Program-made: the position numbers and the translations under genes
Part shown: positions 17,777 through 27,886 of the stretch, one piece after another
Layout: each line of letters begins with the position of its first letter
Position numbering within the stretch: the first letter of the stretch is position 1
The notes under the pieces: generated by a model
The model's input: the letters and a program-made list of their open reading frames with translations, nothing else
What the model was told of the DNA's origin: nothing
Database searches by the model: none
Source of the DNA: an uncultured Bacillota bacterium
GTDB lineage: Bacteria > Sysuimicrobiota > Sysuimicrobiia > Sysuimicrobiales > Segetimicrobiaceae
Length of the DNA: 64,000 nucleotides
Assembly: GCA_963804645.1 (NCBI GenBank)
Contig: CAWDRG010000005.1
Coordinates: forward strand, 64,001 to 128,000
Direction: 5' to 3'

Positions 17777-20700
17777 GTGCTGAGCCAGTTCTTCATCCGC
17801 CGCCCGATCTTCGCGATCTCGATCGCGCTGGTCGTGGTCCTCGTGGGGGCGCTCTCGTACGCGTCGCTCCCCCGGGAGCAGTATCCCAACATCAGCCCGC
17901 CCACGGTGACCGTGTCGACCACCTACGTCGGCGCGAACGCCGAGGTGGTGGCGCAGAACGTCGCCGTGCCGATCGAAGAAGCGATCAACGGCGTTCCGAA
18001 TATGCTGTACATGCAGTCGACGAGCTCCGCGGCGGGCGGGTATTCCTTGACCGCGACATTTGCCCTGGGCACTGACCCCGATCTCGATGCGGTGGCCATT
18101 CAGAACCGCGTGAGCCAGGCGGCCGGCAACCTGCCGGCGGCCGTGAACAACTTCGGCGTCACGGTGCGCAAGGCGTCCCCGAACTTCCTGATGGCGTTCG
18201 CGGTGTATTCGCCGAACGACAGCTACGACCCGATCTTTCTCAGCAACTACGTGCTGCTGCACGTCCTCGATCCGCTGCTGCGCGTCCCCGGGGTCGGCGA
18301 CAGCCTCGTGTTTCCCGAACAGAACTACGCGATCCGCGCGTGGCTCCGACCGGACGCGCTCGCGGCGCTGGGCCTGACGGCCGCCGACGTCTCGACCGCG
18401 ATCCAGTCGCAGAACGTTGTCGCGCCCGCGGGGTCGCTCGGCGAGCCGCCCGTGCCGAACCGGAACGCCTCGTTTCAGTACACGGTCAACGCCGCGGGGC
18501 AGCTGACCACGGCGGACGAGTACGCGCGCATGGTCATCAAGACGCTCCCGGACGGGAGCGTCGTCCGGCTGCAGGACGTCGCACGCACCGAGCTCGGCGC
18601 GCAGGATTACAGCACGTACGGCCTCCGGAATCACCACCCGGCGGCGATCATCCTGCTGCTGCAGAGCCCCGGGTCGAACGCGCTCAACGCCTCCCATGGC
18701 CTGCGCCAGGTCATGGCCGACGTCGCAAAGACGTTCCCGCCCGGGCTGACGTACGACGTCGCCTTCGACTCGACCACCTTCATCACGGCCGCGCTCAACG
18801 ACGTGACCCGGACGCTGGTCCTGTCGTTTTGCTTGGTGCTGCTGGTCGTCTTCATCTTCCTCGGGAACGCGCGCGCGTCGCTGATCCCGATGGCGGCGGT
18901 GCCGGTCGCGCTGATCGGCACGTTCGGCGCGTTCACCGCGATGGGCTTCACCATCAACATCCTGACGATGTTCGCGATGGTGCTGGCGATCGGGCTCGTG
19001 GTGGACGACGCGATCGTCGTCGTCGAGGCGGTGGAACGCCAGATCGAAGGCGGACTCGCCCCCATGGCGGCCGCGGATGCCGCGATGAAGATGGTCTCCA
19101 GCCCGGTGATCGCGATCGCCCTCGTGCTCGACGCGGTGTTCATTCCGAGCGCCTTCATCGGCGGCATCAGCGGCCAGCTCTACCGGCAGTTCGCGCTGAC
19201 CCTCGCCGTGGCCGTGACGCTGTCGGCCTTCGTCGCGCTGACGCTCACCCCCGCGCTCTGCGCGGCGCTGCTGCGTCCTCACGGCGAGCCCCGCAACCCG
19301 CTCGACCGCCTGCTGGCGGCGTTCAACCGGATGTTCACCCGGATCACCGAGACGTACGTGCGGCTCGTGCGGGTCGCGATCCGCTTGCGCTGGGTCGTGC
19401 TCGCGTCGATGATCCTGGTCGCGTGGATGACCTTCCAGCTGCTGCACATGCTGCCCTCGACGTTCGTGCCGCTCGAGGACCAAGGGTTCTTCGTCGCGTC
19501 GTTCCGGCTCCCGGACGGGGCCTCGCAGGCCCGCGCCGAGGCGCTCGCCACGCAGGCGATCACCCAGTTGCTGAAAATTCCCGGCGTGGACGCAGTCACC
19601 ACCGTGGGCGGCTACGATCTCCTCAGCCAGTCGATCAACTCGAACACGCTGGCCATGTTCGTGACGCTGAAGCCCTGGGACGAGCGGCGGTCGCCCCAAA
19701 CCCAGCTGTTCCCGATCCTGTTGCGCGCGAACGCCGTGGTCGCGAGCTATCCGCAGGCGATCGCGTTCGCGTTTCCGCTCCCGCCGATCCCGGGGGTCGG
19801 GGCGGTGAACGGCTTCCAGTTCATCACCGAGGACCTGAACGGCACGGGCCAGGCGGACGCGCTGGCGCGCGTGGCCCAGTCCATGGTCGCCGCGGCGAGC
19901 AAGCAGCCCGCGATCACGTCGGTCTCCACGAGCTTCCGGACGACGGTGCCGCAGTATAACGTCGACATCAACCGGGACAAAGCCGCGACGCTCGGCGTGT
20001 CCGTGGACAGCATCCTCGAAAATCTCGGGGCGTTCCTCGGCGGGATCCAGGTCAACAACGTCACCCTGTTCGGCCGCGTCTACAAGACGATGATCCAGGC
20101 CGAGCCGGCCTTCCGGACGGTGCCGTCGGACATCGGAGATCTGTACGTGCGGAGCACGGCCGGCGCCATGATCCCGCTGAACACCCTGGTGACGGTCGCG
20201 CCCGGAACCGGACCGAACCTCGTGTCCCGCTACAACGGCTACTACGCCGCCGAAATCGACGGACAGGCGCCGTTCGGCCAGAGCTCCGCCAAGGCGATCA
20301 CCGCGATGGAAGGCGTCGCCAAGACGACCCTCCCCGCGGGGTACGGCTACGAGTGGACCGGACTGGCGCGGCAGGAACAGGAGGCCGGAGGGTCGCAGGC
20401 GCTCGCGTTCGTCCTCGCGCTGGTCCTGGTGTTCCTGCTGCTCGCGGCCCTGTACGAGAGTTGGAGCATCCCGCTGAGCGTGCTGCTCGGGGTGCCGCTC
20501 GCGGCGTTCGGGTCGCTGTTCGCGATCCTCCTGCGCGGGATCCTCCTCCGGGACGTGCTGAGCGACGTGTACGTCCAGATCGGGCTCGTGATGCTGGTCG
20601 GGCTCGCGGCGAAGAACGCGATCCTGATCGTGGAATTCGCCAAAGCCAAGCACGATGACGAAGGCATGTCCTTCATCGATGCCGCGATCGCGGGCGCCCG

Positions 20701-21049
20701 CCTGCGCTACCGGCCGATCGTCATGACGTCGATGACGTTCATCGTGGCGGCGATGTCGCTGGTGATCGCGACCGGGCCCGGCGCCAACTCGCGGCACTCG
20801 CTCGGCACCAGCGTCGTCGGCGGGATGACCGTGGCCACGGCCTTCGGGGTCTTCGTGATCCCCGCCCTCTACGTCCTGATGGCCGGGCGCGATCGACGCG
20901 CCGCGAAGAGCCCCCGCTGCCCGCAGCACCTGCCGCGGAGCCGGTCCGGAGGACACGGACTCCCAAGCAGCAATCGGAGGACGTATTCCATAACACACCG
21001 GCCGGAGCCGAACGAAACAATGTTCCTGAGACCCCGCGCATTGAGGTAG
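17777..21049 (+). CDS. RND efflux permease, HAE1 (AcrB/MexB-like), with aberrant C-terminal tail
   Basis: FFIRRPIFA, EQYP, LVVDDAIVVVE, LAAKNAILIVEFA, RYRPIVMT (proton-relay D/D/K/T present). Confidence 0.95.
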   Translation: MLSQFFIRRPIFAISIALVVVLVGALSYASLPREQYPNISPPTVTVSTTYVGANAEVVAQNVAVPIEEAINGVPNMLYMQSTSSAAGGYSLTATFALGTDPDLDAVAIQNRVSQAAGNLPAAVNNFGVTVRKASPNFLMAFAVYSPNDSYDPIFLSNYVLLHVLDPLLRVPGVGDSLVFPEQNYAIRAWLRPDALAALGLTAADVSTAIQSQNVVAPAGSLGEPPVPNRNASFQYTVNAAGQLTTADEYARMVIKTLPDGSVVRLQDVARTELGAQDYSTYGLRNHHPAAIILLLQSPGSNALNASHGLRQVMADVAKTFPPGLTYDVAFDSTTFITAALNDVTRTLVLSFCLVLLVVFIFLGNARASLIPMAAVPVALIGTFGAFTAMGFTINILTMFAMVLAIGLVVDDAIVVVEAVERQIEGGLAPMAAADAAMKMVSSPVIAIALVLDAVFIPSAFIGGISGQLYRQFALTLAVAVTLSAFVALTLTPALCAALLRPHGEPRNPLDRLLAAFNRMFTRITETYVRLVRVAIRLRWVVLASMILVAWMTFQLLHMLPSTFVPLEDQGFFVASFRLPDGASQARAEALATQAITQLLKIPGVDAVTTVGGYDLLSQSINSNTLAMFVTLKPWDERRSPQTQLFPILLRANAVVASYPQAIAFAFPLPPIPGVGAVNGFQFITEDLNGTGQADALARVAQSMVAAASKQPAITSVSTSFRTTVPQYNVDINRDKAATLGVSVDSILENLGAFLGGIQVNNVTLFGRVYKTMIQAEPAFRTVPSDIGDLYVRSTAGAMIPLNTLVTVAPGTGPNLVSRYNGYYAAEIDGQAPFGQSSAKAITAMEGVAKTTLPAGYGYEWTGLARQEQEAGGSQALAFVLALVLVFLLLAALYESWSIPLSVLLGVPLAAFGSLFAILLRGILLRDVLSDVYVQIGLVMLVGLAAKNAILIVEFAKAKHDDEGMSFIDAAIAGARLRYRPIVMTSMTFIVAAMSLVIATGPGANSRHSLGTSVVGGMTVATAFGVFVIPALYVLMAGRDRRAAKSPRCPQHLPRSRSGGHGLPSSNRRTYSITHRPEPNETMFLRPRALR

Positions 21050-21249
21050 TCGATCAGAAAACCCAGGGCCCCAAGCTTCTTGGTATTCCCCAGTTCAAGA
21101 TCCCACCGAATCAAGTCCGCTTTAGATTGGATGCCAAAGGCTTCATGTCTCGTAAGTAAGCTGTACTCCTCAGACGAAAAGATGCTCTCAGGATTCATAG
21201 CGCGCAGCAGATCGTCCCGATGGCTGCGCGTATACGCTCTAAATCTCAC
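20950..21249 (-). pseudogene. Truncated, lower-GC class I SAM methyltransferase-like fragment
   Basis: Visibly more AT-rich than the flanks. Minus frame ...FLIDYLNARGLRNIVSFGSGRCVMEYVL resembles SAM-binding motif I, then runs into the antisense of the RND gene. Ends approximate. Confidence 0.5.
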
Positions 21250-21341
21250 TCCCCGCCCCCGGAGGAGAGAGTCAAACCTATCTCCCCTTAGCGCGCTTTT
21301 CGGTGTCTCGGCCGCCGTCCCTGCGTATCTGCGCGGCGGCT

Positions 21342-21743
21342 CTACGTGGGGACGTGGAAAAGCAAACGGGGCGCTAATCGCCGAGCGCGTTCGTGCCGGG
21401 GATGGAGCCAAGGCACGACACCCGATAGCACCCCCCCGGCCGGGCCTAGCCGGCTGCCCGGTAACCCGCCGCGGAGGACACAACGCCCAAGCAGCCGTAA
21501 CGGCGCCGAGGACTTCGGCGCAGCATTCGCGGTTCGTGCAGACGGAAGAAAGGACGCGATCTCGTGGGTTTGTTTGCACAGTGTCATCGCTGTCTGGTAC
21601 TTGGCCCGGCACTCACTTACTTGCTCGGCGTTACCGGCGGCGAGCGTCAGATTGGTCATGAGAGCACTGGTCGCGCCGATGACGCACTGCTGAAAGGCGG
21701 TGTCGCACGCCTTGCCGGCAAGATCTCGCTGTCCATTTGGCAT
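21342..21743 (-). CDS. Hypothetical protein with Cys-patterned N-terminal half
   Basis: Strong GGAGGAG RBS before ATG 21743. C13, C20, C45, C56. The C-terminal half is low complexity and may be read-through. Confidence 0.55.
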   Translation of the reverse strand: MPNGQRDLAGKACDTAFQQCVIGATSALMTNLTLAAGNAEQVSECRAKYQTAMTLCKQTHEIASFLPSARTANAAPKSSAPLRLLGRCVLRGGLPGSRLGPAGGVLSGVVPWLHPRHERARRLAPRLLFHVPT

Positions 21744-21964
21744 TCTGCTCCTCCAGCACTCGAGTGATCGAGACGTATCGCCGCGGGTCCGGTCACGGCG
21801 ACGCGAAGTTCTCTGCGGGCGCCGCGCCCCTTTGCAACGTCGCTCGGCCGCTCAGGTCCCGACCCCTGCGGAGAGGCGCGTCCCGGGCCGTCAGCGCCGT
21901 TTGCCCGGACGCCGCGCCGCCAGGATTCGACCCGACACGGTGCGAACTCGTTCGGGTGCCGCCG

Positions 21965-22564
21965 ATGTCGATCTCCCGCCTCACGCTCGCTCTCGCGCTG
22001 TTCGTGGTGTGCACCGTGTTTGCGGTGCTTCCGGTCAGCGCGCGGTTCGACCGGCAGGCCGCGATGTGGATCCAGCGCGCCGCGCCCGCCGCGGACGTCC
22101 CCGCGGCCGCGCTCGTGTTCCTCGCGGACGCCGAGGTCATCGGCCCCGGCCTCGTCGTCGCCGGATTGATCTTGCTGGCGCGCCGGGACCGCCGCCGCGC
22201 GTGGCAGCTGCTGTGGCTCGCCGCAGCCACGGCCGGCGTGAGCCTGTTGGCGGTCGTCCTCAAGCACGTCATTCCGCATCCCGGTCCGCCGCCGGCGTTC
22301 GTCCGACACATCGGACGCCCGGTCGTGAACATCCATAACACGCCGTACGGATATCCCTCGGGACATACAATGCGGACGACGCTGCTGGCCGGCACGCTGC
22401 TGCGCGGCGCCCCGGTGGCGGCCGCGGCCTTGGTCATCGCGATGATGGCGTCGCTCGTATATCTCGGCGACCATTGGACGACCGAAGTGCTCGGCGGACT
22501 GTGCCTCGGATGGGCGTGCGTCGAGCTCGTCCGCGGTGCGGCGGCGCGGTTCGGGCTAGGCTAG
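21965..22564 (+). CDS. PAP2 family membrane protein with degenerate phosphatase motifs
   Basis: Several TM segments, KHVIPHPGP, YPSGH, SLVYLGDHWTTEV. Confidence 0.85.
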   Translation: MSISRLTLALALFVVCTVFAVLPVSARFDRQAAMWIQRAAPAADVPAAALVFLADAEVIGPGLVVAGLILLARRDRRRAWQLLWLAAATAGVSLLAVVLKHVIPHPGPPPAFVRHIGRPVVNIHNTPYGYPSGHTMRTTLLAGTLLRGAPVAAAALVIAMMASLVYLGDHWTTEVLGGLCLGWACVELVRGAAARFGLG

Positions 22565-23530
22565 CTCGATCTCCGAACTATCCCCGAGGTTGATGCGGCC
22601 GCGGCGGCCGGTCGCCACCGCGTTCTCACCGATGATCGAATGCTCAAGCAGGACCTGCTCGACCCGCGCGTTCGCGTTGATGATGCTGTCCTGGATCACG
22701 GCGTTGACGACGCGCGCGTCCTCGCCGACCGTCACGTAGGGCCCGATCACCGAACTCTCCACGGTCGCCGTCTCGGCGATGAACGACGGGGGAATGATCA
22801 CCGACCCGGGCACCGACGGCGCCACCGGCGAACGCTCGAGCAGCGCGTGATTGGCCCGCAACAGCGCCTCCGGGGTGCCGCAGTCGTACCAGCGGCTGAC
22901 CGGAAACGTCCCCAACTTCTCGCCCGCGTCGATCATCAGCTGCAGCGCGTCGGCCAGCCAGTACTCGCCGTTGACGACGTGCCGCTCCCCGACGAGGCGC
23001 TCGAGCGCCGTCCGGAACGGCCGAGGGTGCTGGATCATGTACACGCCGACGACCGCGAGATCGCTCGGCGGCGCCGCGGGCTTCTCCCAGAGGCGCCGCA
23101 CGTAGCCGTCCGCGTCTACCTCGACGACGCCGAACGAGCGAGGGTCGTCCACGCGATGCACGCCGATCGACGACACCGGAAGACGCACGGCAGCGTGCAG
23201 ATCGGCCTCCACGATCGTATCGCCAAACACGATCAGCGTCGGCTCGGTGAGGTGCTCGCGCGCCACGTAGATCGCGTGGCCGTTGCCCATCGGTTCGTCT
23301 TGGTACACGAAGTGCGCCCGGAACCCGTACCGCTCCTTGACGAACTCCTCCACCTTCTCGGCGAGGTAGCCGACCACGAACACGATCTCCTCGACCCCGA
23401 GTTCTTTGAGATCGTCGAGGATGTACGCGAGGATCGCCTTGCCGGCGACGTTCATCAGCACTTTCGGCTGGGTGTGCGTGTGCGGACGCAGGCGCTTGCC
23501 CTGGCCCGCCACCGGGATGATGGCCTTCAT
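22556..23530 (-). CDS. Sugar-1-phosphate nucleotidylyltransferase (glucose-1-phosphate thymidylyltransferase-like)
   Basis: MKAIIPVAGQGKRLRPHT..PK, WEKP, WYDCG, C-terminal hexapeptide repeats. AGGAGG RBS. Confidence 0.92.
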   Translation of the reverse strand: MKAIIPVAGQGKRLRPHTHTQPKVLMNVAGKAILAYILDDLKELGVEEIVFVVGYLAEKVEEFVKERYGFRAHFVYQDEPMGNGHAIYVAREHLTEPTLIVFGDTIVEADLHAAVRLPVSSIGVHRVDDPRSFGVVEVDADGYVRRLWEKPAAPPSDLAVVGVYMIQHPRPFRTALERLVGERHVVNGEYWLADALQLMIDAGEKLGTFPVSRWYDCGTPEALLRANHALLERSPVAPSVPGSVIIPPSFIAETATVESSVIGPYVTVGEDARVVNAVIQDSIINANARVEQVLLEHSIIGENAVATGRRGRINLGDSSEIELA

Positions 23531-24975
23531 CGAGACGCCTCCTGTTGCTTCGGGGTCGGTGACCGTCCCGCCGCGATCGGGATGGGAACGTCGCGCGCGG
23601 CGGCCGCCCGCGCCCCACGGGTACGAATCAAGAACTCCACGACCGCATACAGCACAAACGCTTGAATCACGCCGCCCATGACCAGGCTCAGATCCGACTC
23701 CGTCACGGCCGCGGTCCCCACCACCACGACTCCCAGCATAATATTCCCCGGGGCCCCGCTGTCCCCCACCCCGTAGCGCCACAGCAGGCGCAGCACCAGG
23801 CCGACGAACACGGCCGACCCGACGATCCCCCACCAGCCCCAGTTCATCCATCCCTCGGTGATGATCGGAAGATTATAACTGCCCGAGGTGTCGTCGGGCG
23901 TGATCAGGTCGTAGCGGTGCCCGTAATACTGGCCGGCGTTGTCGGACGGCCGGGTGGGCCAGAGGAGCCGCGGCACGAGCTTCGACTCAAGCGGCACGTA
24001 GGTCGCCCCGCGAGCGTAGGGAATCTGCGACGGGGTCATGCTGACGACGTACGCGAAATCGGACAGGCGGTTGATCCGGCCGATAACGCGCTCAATCGCG
24101 TACACCCAGAACAGCGGGATCCGTCCGGCCCGCAGATGGAACCGGAACCCCTGATTCCACAGATCGAAGTCTGCTGGCACCCTATGCTCGACCGTGCCCA
24201 CACCCCCGAGTACCTCATGCATATCGCCGCCCATCGGGCGGAAGGGGTTCGCGCCGATCGACGACCGGATGTACGGCCCGTTGAACACCGCCTGGCGCAG
24301 CACGAGCTTCACCGGATACGACGCGACGAGGAAGGCGACCAGCAGCACCCCCACCGCCAGCTGACGGCGCCCAGGCATGCGCATCGCGCAGAGGCCGTAC
24401 AGGATCGCCAGCCCGCTCACGGCCGCCGGCATCAGCTTCGAGAACAGGACCGGCACGAGAAGCGCGGTGGCCAGATCGACGAACAGCAGCGCCGGCACCA
24501 GGAACCTGAACGCGGTCGAGGCCGGCGCGCGTCCGCGGCCGCGCAGCACCAACAGACCAAGGATGAATGCAACCGTCGGTGCGAACGCCGCGAGATGCAC
24601 GAATTCCTCGAACCCCGGCGGCATCTCCCACAGCGCGTGGACGATCGCCGCGATGCTGCCGAGCACCGAGAAGCCGAGAAACGCGCCCCACAGGGCCTGC
24701 GGCGTCCACTCCCGCGGGGCGGCGCCCCCACCCCGCTGCGGCCACAACACGAGGCCGGCGGCGAGAACGAGCCAAACGATGCTCGCCGCGACGGCCACGA
24801 ACACCGCACGGCCGTCCACATAGACCGCGTAGGTGGCCAGCAGCACCCTCAGCGGCACGCGGTAGAATAGCAGCGGAAGCACGAAGAAGATGACCACGGG
24901 CACAAGAATGTAGAACGCGAACATTCGCTGCGGTCCCGAGACCCGCGGCACCAGGCCCGTCCGCCCCTCACCCAT
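23527..24975 (-). CDS. Polytopic membrane protein, putative Wzy-type polymerase
   Basis: About 10 TM segments with a large loop, VPRLLWPTRP, EGWMNWGWWGI (Wzy-like pattern). Glycan-locus context. Confidence 0.7.
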   Translation of the reverse strand: MGEGRTGLVPRVSGPQRMFAFYILVPVVIFFVLPLLFYRVPLRVLLATYAVYVDGRAVFVAVAASIVWLVLAAGLVLWPQRGGGAAPREWTPQALWGAFLGFSVLGSIAAIVHALWEMPPGFEEFVHLAAFAPTVAFILGLLVLRGRGRAPASTAFRFLVPALLFVDLATALLVPVLFSKLMPAAVSGLAILYGLCAMRMPGRRQLAVGVLLVAFLVASYPVKLVLRQAVFNGPYIRSSIGANPFRPMGGDMHEVLGGVGTVEHRVPADFDLWNQGFRFHLRAGRIPLFWVYAIERVIGRINRLSDFAYVVSMTPSQIPYARGATYVPLESKLVPRLLWPTRPSDNAGQYYGHRYDLITPDDTSGSYNLPIITEGWMNWGWWGIVGSAVFVGLVLRLLWRYGVGDSGAPGNIMLGVVVVGTAAVTESDLSLVMGGVIQAFVLYAVVEFLIRTRGARAAAARDVPIPIAAGRSPTPKQQEASR

Positions 24976-25072
24976 CAGGCCGACCTCTCCGATTCATCGA
25001 TCACCGGGACGGTCATGACATGACGGTATCCCTTCGCGCCGCTCCCGGCCGCCCCTGCTCCTCGCGGACCGA

Positions 25073-26986
25073 TCACGGCAGTGGAGAGACAACATTCGCG
25101 CGGCGCAGCATGAGCTCCGACGGACGATACGTCGGCACCAGCGCCCGGAGGGTGTGGACGATGCCTGCGATATCCCCGGCGTCCGCGCACCGCGCCAGGT
25201 CGTCCACCAGCGGGAACAACGCCGTGGTGTCGGCGGCCACCGCCCCAGGGACGACGAACACGCGGTCGTGACGGGTCGCGGCCGTCCCTTCTTCCGCCGT
25301 CAGCATGTCCTCGTGCTCCTTCTCGCCGGGCTCCGGGTCCGCGAAAATGATCGGGACGTCCCGTTCGGGCTCCAGCCCCGAGAGACGGATCAACTCTTTC
25401 GCGAGGTCGATGACGCGGATCGGTTCGCCCATGTCCAGCGCGAAGATCTCCCCGCCGGCGCCCATCGCGCCGGCCTGCAGCACGAGCAGCACGGCTTCCG
25501 ACGTCGCCATGAAATACCGCCGCATCTCCGGGCCGCGCACCGTGATCGGTTCACCCCGCCGGATGCGCTGCTGGAAAATCGGCACGACGCTGCCGCGGCT
25601 CCCCAAGACGTTGCCAAACCGTACCGCGACGTACCGGGTGGGCCCCTCGGCATTGAGCGCGAGACAGATCTGCTCCGCGACGCGCTTGGTCGCGCCCATC
25701 ACCGAGGTCGGAGCGACCGCCTTATCGCTGGAGATCAGGACGAATTTCTCGACGCCCGCGTCTCGGCTGGCCGTCGCGATCACGAGTGAGCTCAACACGT
25801 TGGTGAAGATCGCCTGCTCGGGGTGGTGTTCCACAAGCCCGACGTGCTTGTACGCGGCGGCGTGGAACACGATCCCAGGCCGATGCTGCGCGAGCATCGC
25901 GCGCACGCGGACCGCGTCCCGCACGTCCAGCAGCACCGCCGTCGCGCGCTGGCCGAGGCGCTGCAGTTCCTGGTGGATCCAGAACAGGTTGGTCTCTTCC
26001 CAGTCGACCACGACGATCTCTCGGGGGTGGAACCGCGCGATCTGCGTGCACAGCTCCGTCCCGATCGAGCCGCCCGCCCCGGTCACGAGCACCGTTTGAT
26101 CGCGCAGCCACGCGTCGACGAGCGTGTCGTCAATCGACACCACGTTGCGGCCGAGCAGATCGATCAACTGCACGTCCGTCAGGTCGGTAAAGCTGATCTC
26201 GCCGTGCAACATCCGGTCGATGCCGGGGACGATGCGGATCTCGCGGACGCCGGCCTCCCGCGCGAGCGACACGACGTTGCGGATCACCCGGGACGGCGCC
26301 GACGGCATCGCGATCAGCACGGCGTCAATCCGATACGTGCGCACGAGCTCGGGCAGGCGGGCTCGATCGCCGAGCACCGGCAGCCCGTAGATCACGGTGC
26401 CAATCTTGCTCGTGCTGTCGTCGATGAAGCCGACCGGCGCGTACTCGGAGCCGACCCCGTGCCGCAGCGATCGCGCTAGCTGTTCGCCGACCACGCCGGC
26501 GCCGACGATGAGGGCACGCGCTTCGCCGAGCGACGCGCGGTGGGTCAGGTGCAGATACACGCGCCGTGCCAGGCGAAACGCGCCGATCGCGTAGAGGGAG
26601 ATCACGTAGTCGAGCAGCAGAATGGAGCGCGAGAACCCCGCGAGCAGCGGGGTGTGCCGCAGCGCGAACGCCGCCAGCCAGAACGCCAGCGTGCCAAGCG
26701 TCACGCCTCGGAACACGACCACCATGTCCTCGAGGCCGACCTGCGACCAGCTCAGGACGTACAGCCGCTGCCAGGCGAACACCGGCATCTTGATCGCCAC
26801 GCTGAGCAGTGCGACCAGAGGGAGCTGCGCCCATGTCTCCGGGGGAATCCGTCCGTCGTAGCGCAGCCACGCCGCCAACACGATGGAGCCCAGCAGCAGG
26901 ACGAGATCACCGACGAGAAAGAAGACCACGCGCACCGTCGGGGTGATCATGTCCTGCACGCGATCGTTCGACAGCGTCCATTTCAT
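25073..26986 (-). CDS. CapD/PglF/WbpM-type membrane-bound UDP-GlcNAc 4,6-dehydratase
   Basis: Four TM segments, CoA-binding-like domain, DLLGR, TGAGGSIG, HAAAYKHV, SSDKAV, MGATKR, RFGNVLGSRGSV. Confidence 0.95.
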   Translation of the reverse strand: MKWTLSNDRVQDMITPTVRVVFFLVGDLVLLLGSIVLAAWLRYDGRIPPETWAQLPLVALLSVAIKMPVFAWQRLYVLSWSQVGLEDMVVVFRGVTLGTLAFWLAAFALRHTPLLAGFSRSILLLDYVISLYAIGAFRLARRVYLHLTHRASLGEARALIVGAGVVGEQLARSLRHGVGSEYAPVGFIDDSTSKIGTVIYGLPVLGDRARLPELVRTYRIDAVLIAMPSAPSRVIRNVVSLAREAGVREIRIVPGIDRMLHGEISFTDLTDVQLIDLLGRNVVSIDDTLVDAWLRDQTVLVTGAGGSIGTELCTQIARFHPREIVVVDWEETNLFWIHQELQRLGQRATAVLLDVRDAVRVRAMLAQHRPGIVFHAAAYKHVGLVEHHPEQAIFTNVLSSLVIATASRDAGVEKFVLISSDKAVAPTSVMGATKRVAEQICLALNAEGPTRYVAVRFGNVLGSRGSVVPIFQQRIRRGEPITVRGPEMRRYFMATSEAVLLVLQAGAMGAGGEIFALDMGEPIRVIDLAKELIRLSGLEPERDVPIIFADPEPGEKEHEDMLTAEEGTAATRHDRVFVVPGAVAADTTALFPLVDDLARCADAGDIAGIVHTLRALVPTYRPSELMLRRANVVSPLP

Positions 26987-27759
26987 GGGAGGCGCCCCAC
27001 CGCGTACACCACCTTATACCCGGACGCCGGCTCGGTGTCCCGAAGCGGCACGAGGGCGCCGGGCTCGCCAGCCTCCTCGCCGATGTCCGTGGGAATGGCC
27101 TCGAGCTTTCCGTATACCAGGCGCTTCAGCAGCTCTTTGCCCTTCATCGTCGCTGGAATCAACCGCAGGCGCACCGCGATCCCGCGAGCCCACAGCAGTG
27201 TGCGTCCGGTCAGGCCCGCGGCCTGCACGGGAAATCCCGCGAATGTCTCTGTCGTGAACCCCGCAGAGGCGAGCAGCGCGTGCAGCTCCGGGGCCGAGAA
27301 GTACCGGTGCGAAAACGGGCTCGGGTTGAACCCGTGCCAGTCGCGGTTCGCCGTGCAGATCACGAGGGCGCCGTGCGGCCGGAGCACCCGGCGCGCTTCC
27401 GCAACGAATCGCTCCGGAGCCGCGAGGTAGTATAACGCCTCAAACAGCACCACGACATCGAACGACCGGTCCGCAAACGGGAGGGCGTGGGCATCGAGGC
27501 GCAGCAGGCGGATGCCGTCTCGCGGCTGCCGACCCACGTATTGCAGCACCTCCTCGTCGCGATCGCCGCCGACCACGGTGGCGGCGTACCGGCGCAAGAG
27601 GCTCAGTCCCAGCCCGGCGCCGCAGGCGACCTCGAGCACGTCCTTGTCCCGGCTGAGCCCGGCCGCCAGGTGGTACCGGGTGCGCAGCATGGCGAGCTGC
27701 TCCGCCGTTGCGCCGGCTCCCGGGACTTCGGTGGCCGTGACATAACTCGGTCCGTTCAT
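26983..27759 (-). CDS. Class I SAM-dependent methyltransferase
   Basis: VLEVACGAG, LPFADRSFDVV, RVLRPHG. Start at ATG 27759. Confidence 0.9.
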   Translation of the reverse strand: MNGPSYVTATEVPGAGATAEQLAMLRTRYHLAAGLSRDKDVLEVACGAGLGLSLLRRYAATVVGGDRDEEVLQYVGRQPRDGIRLLRLDAHALPFADRSFDVVVLFEALYYLAAPERFVAEARRVLRPHGALVICTANRDWHGFNPSPFSHRYFSAPELHALLASAGFTTETFAGFPVQAAGLTGRTLLWARGIAVRLRLIPATMKGKELLKRLVYGKLEAIPTDIGEEAGEPGALVPLRDTEPASGYKVVYAVGRLP

Positions 27760-27886
27760 CGCGTCGAACACACGCGGGATATGCGTTGGGGCCGCAGGCA
27801 GCCTGCGCCCGCTATTACCACAGGTTCGAGTGCGCGCGCGTGCCTCCCTGCCGCACCCGTCCCCTCGGCGGCGTGCGGGAACGGTG

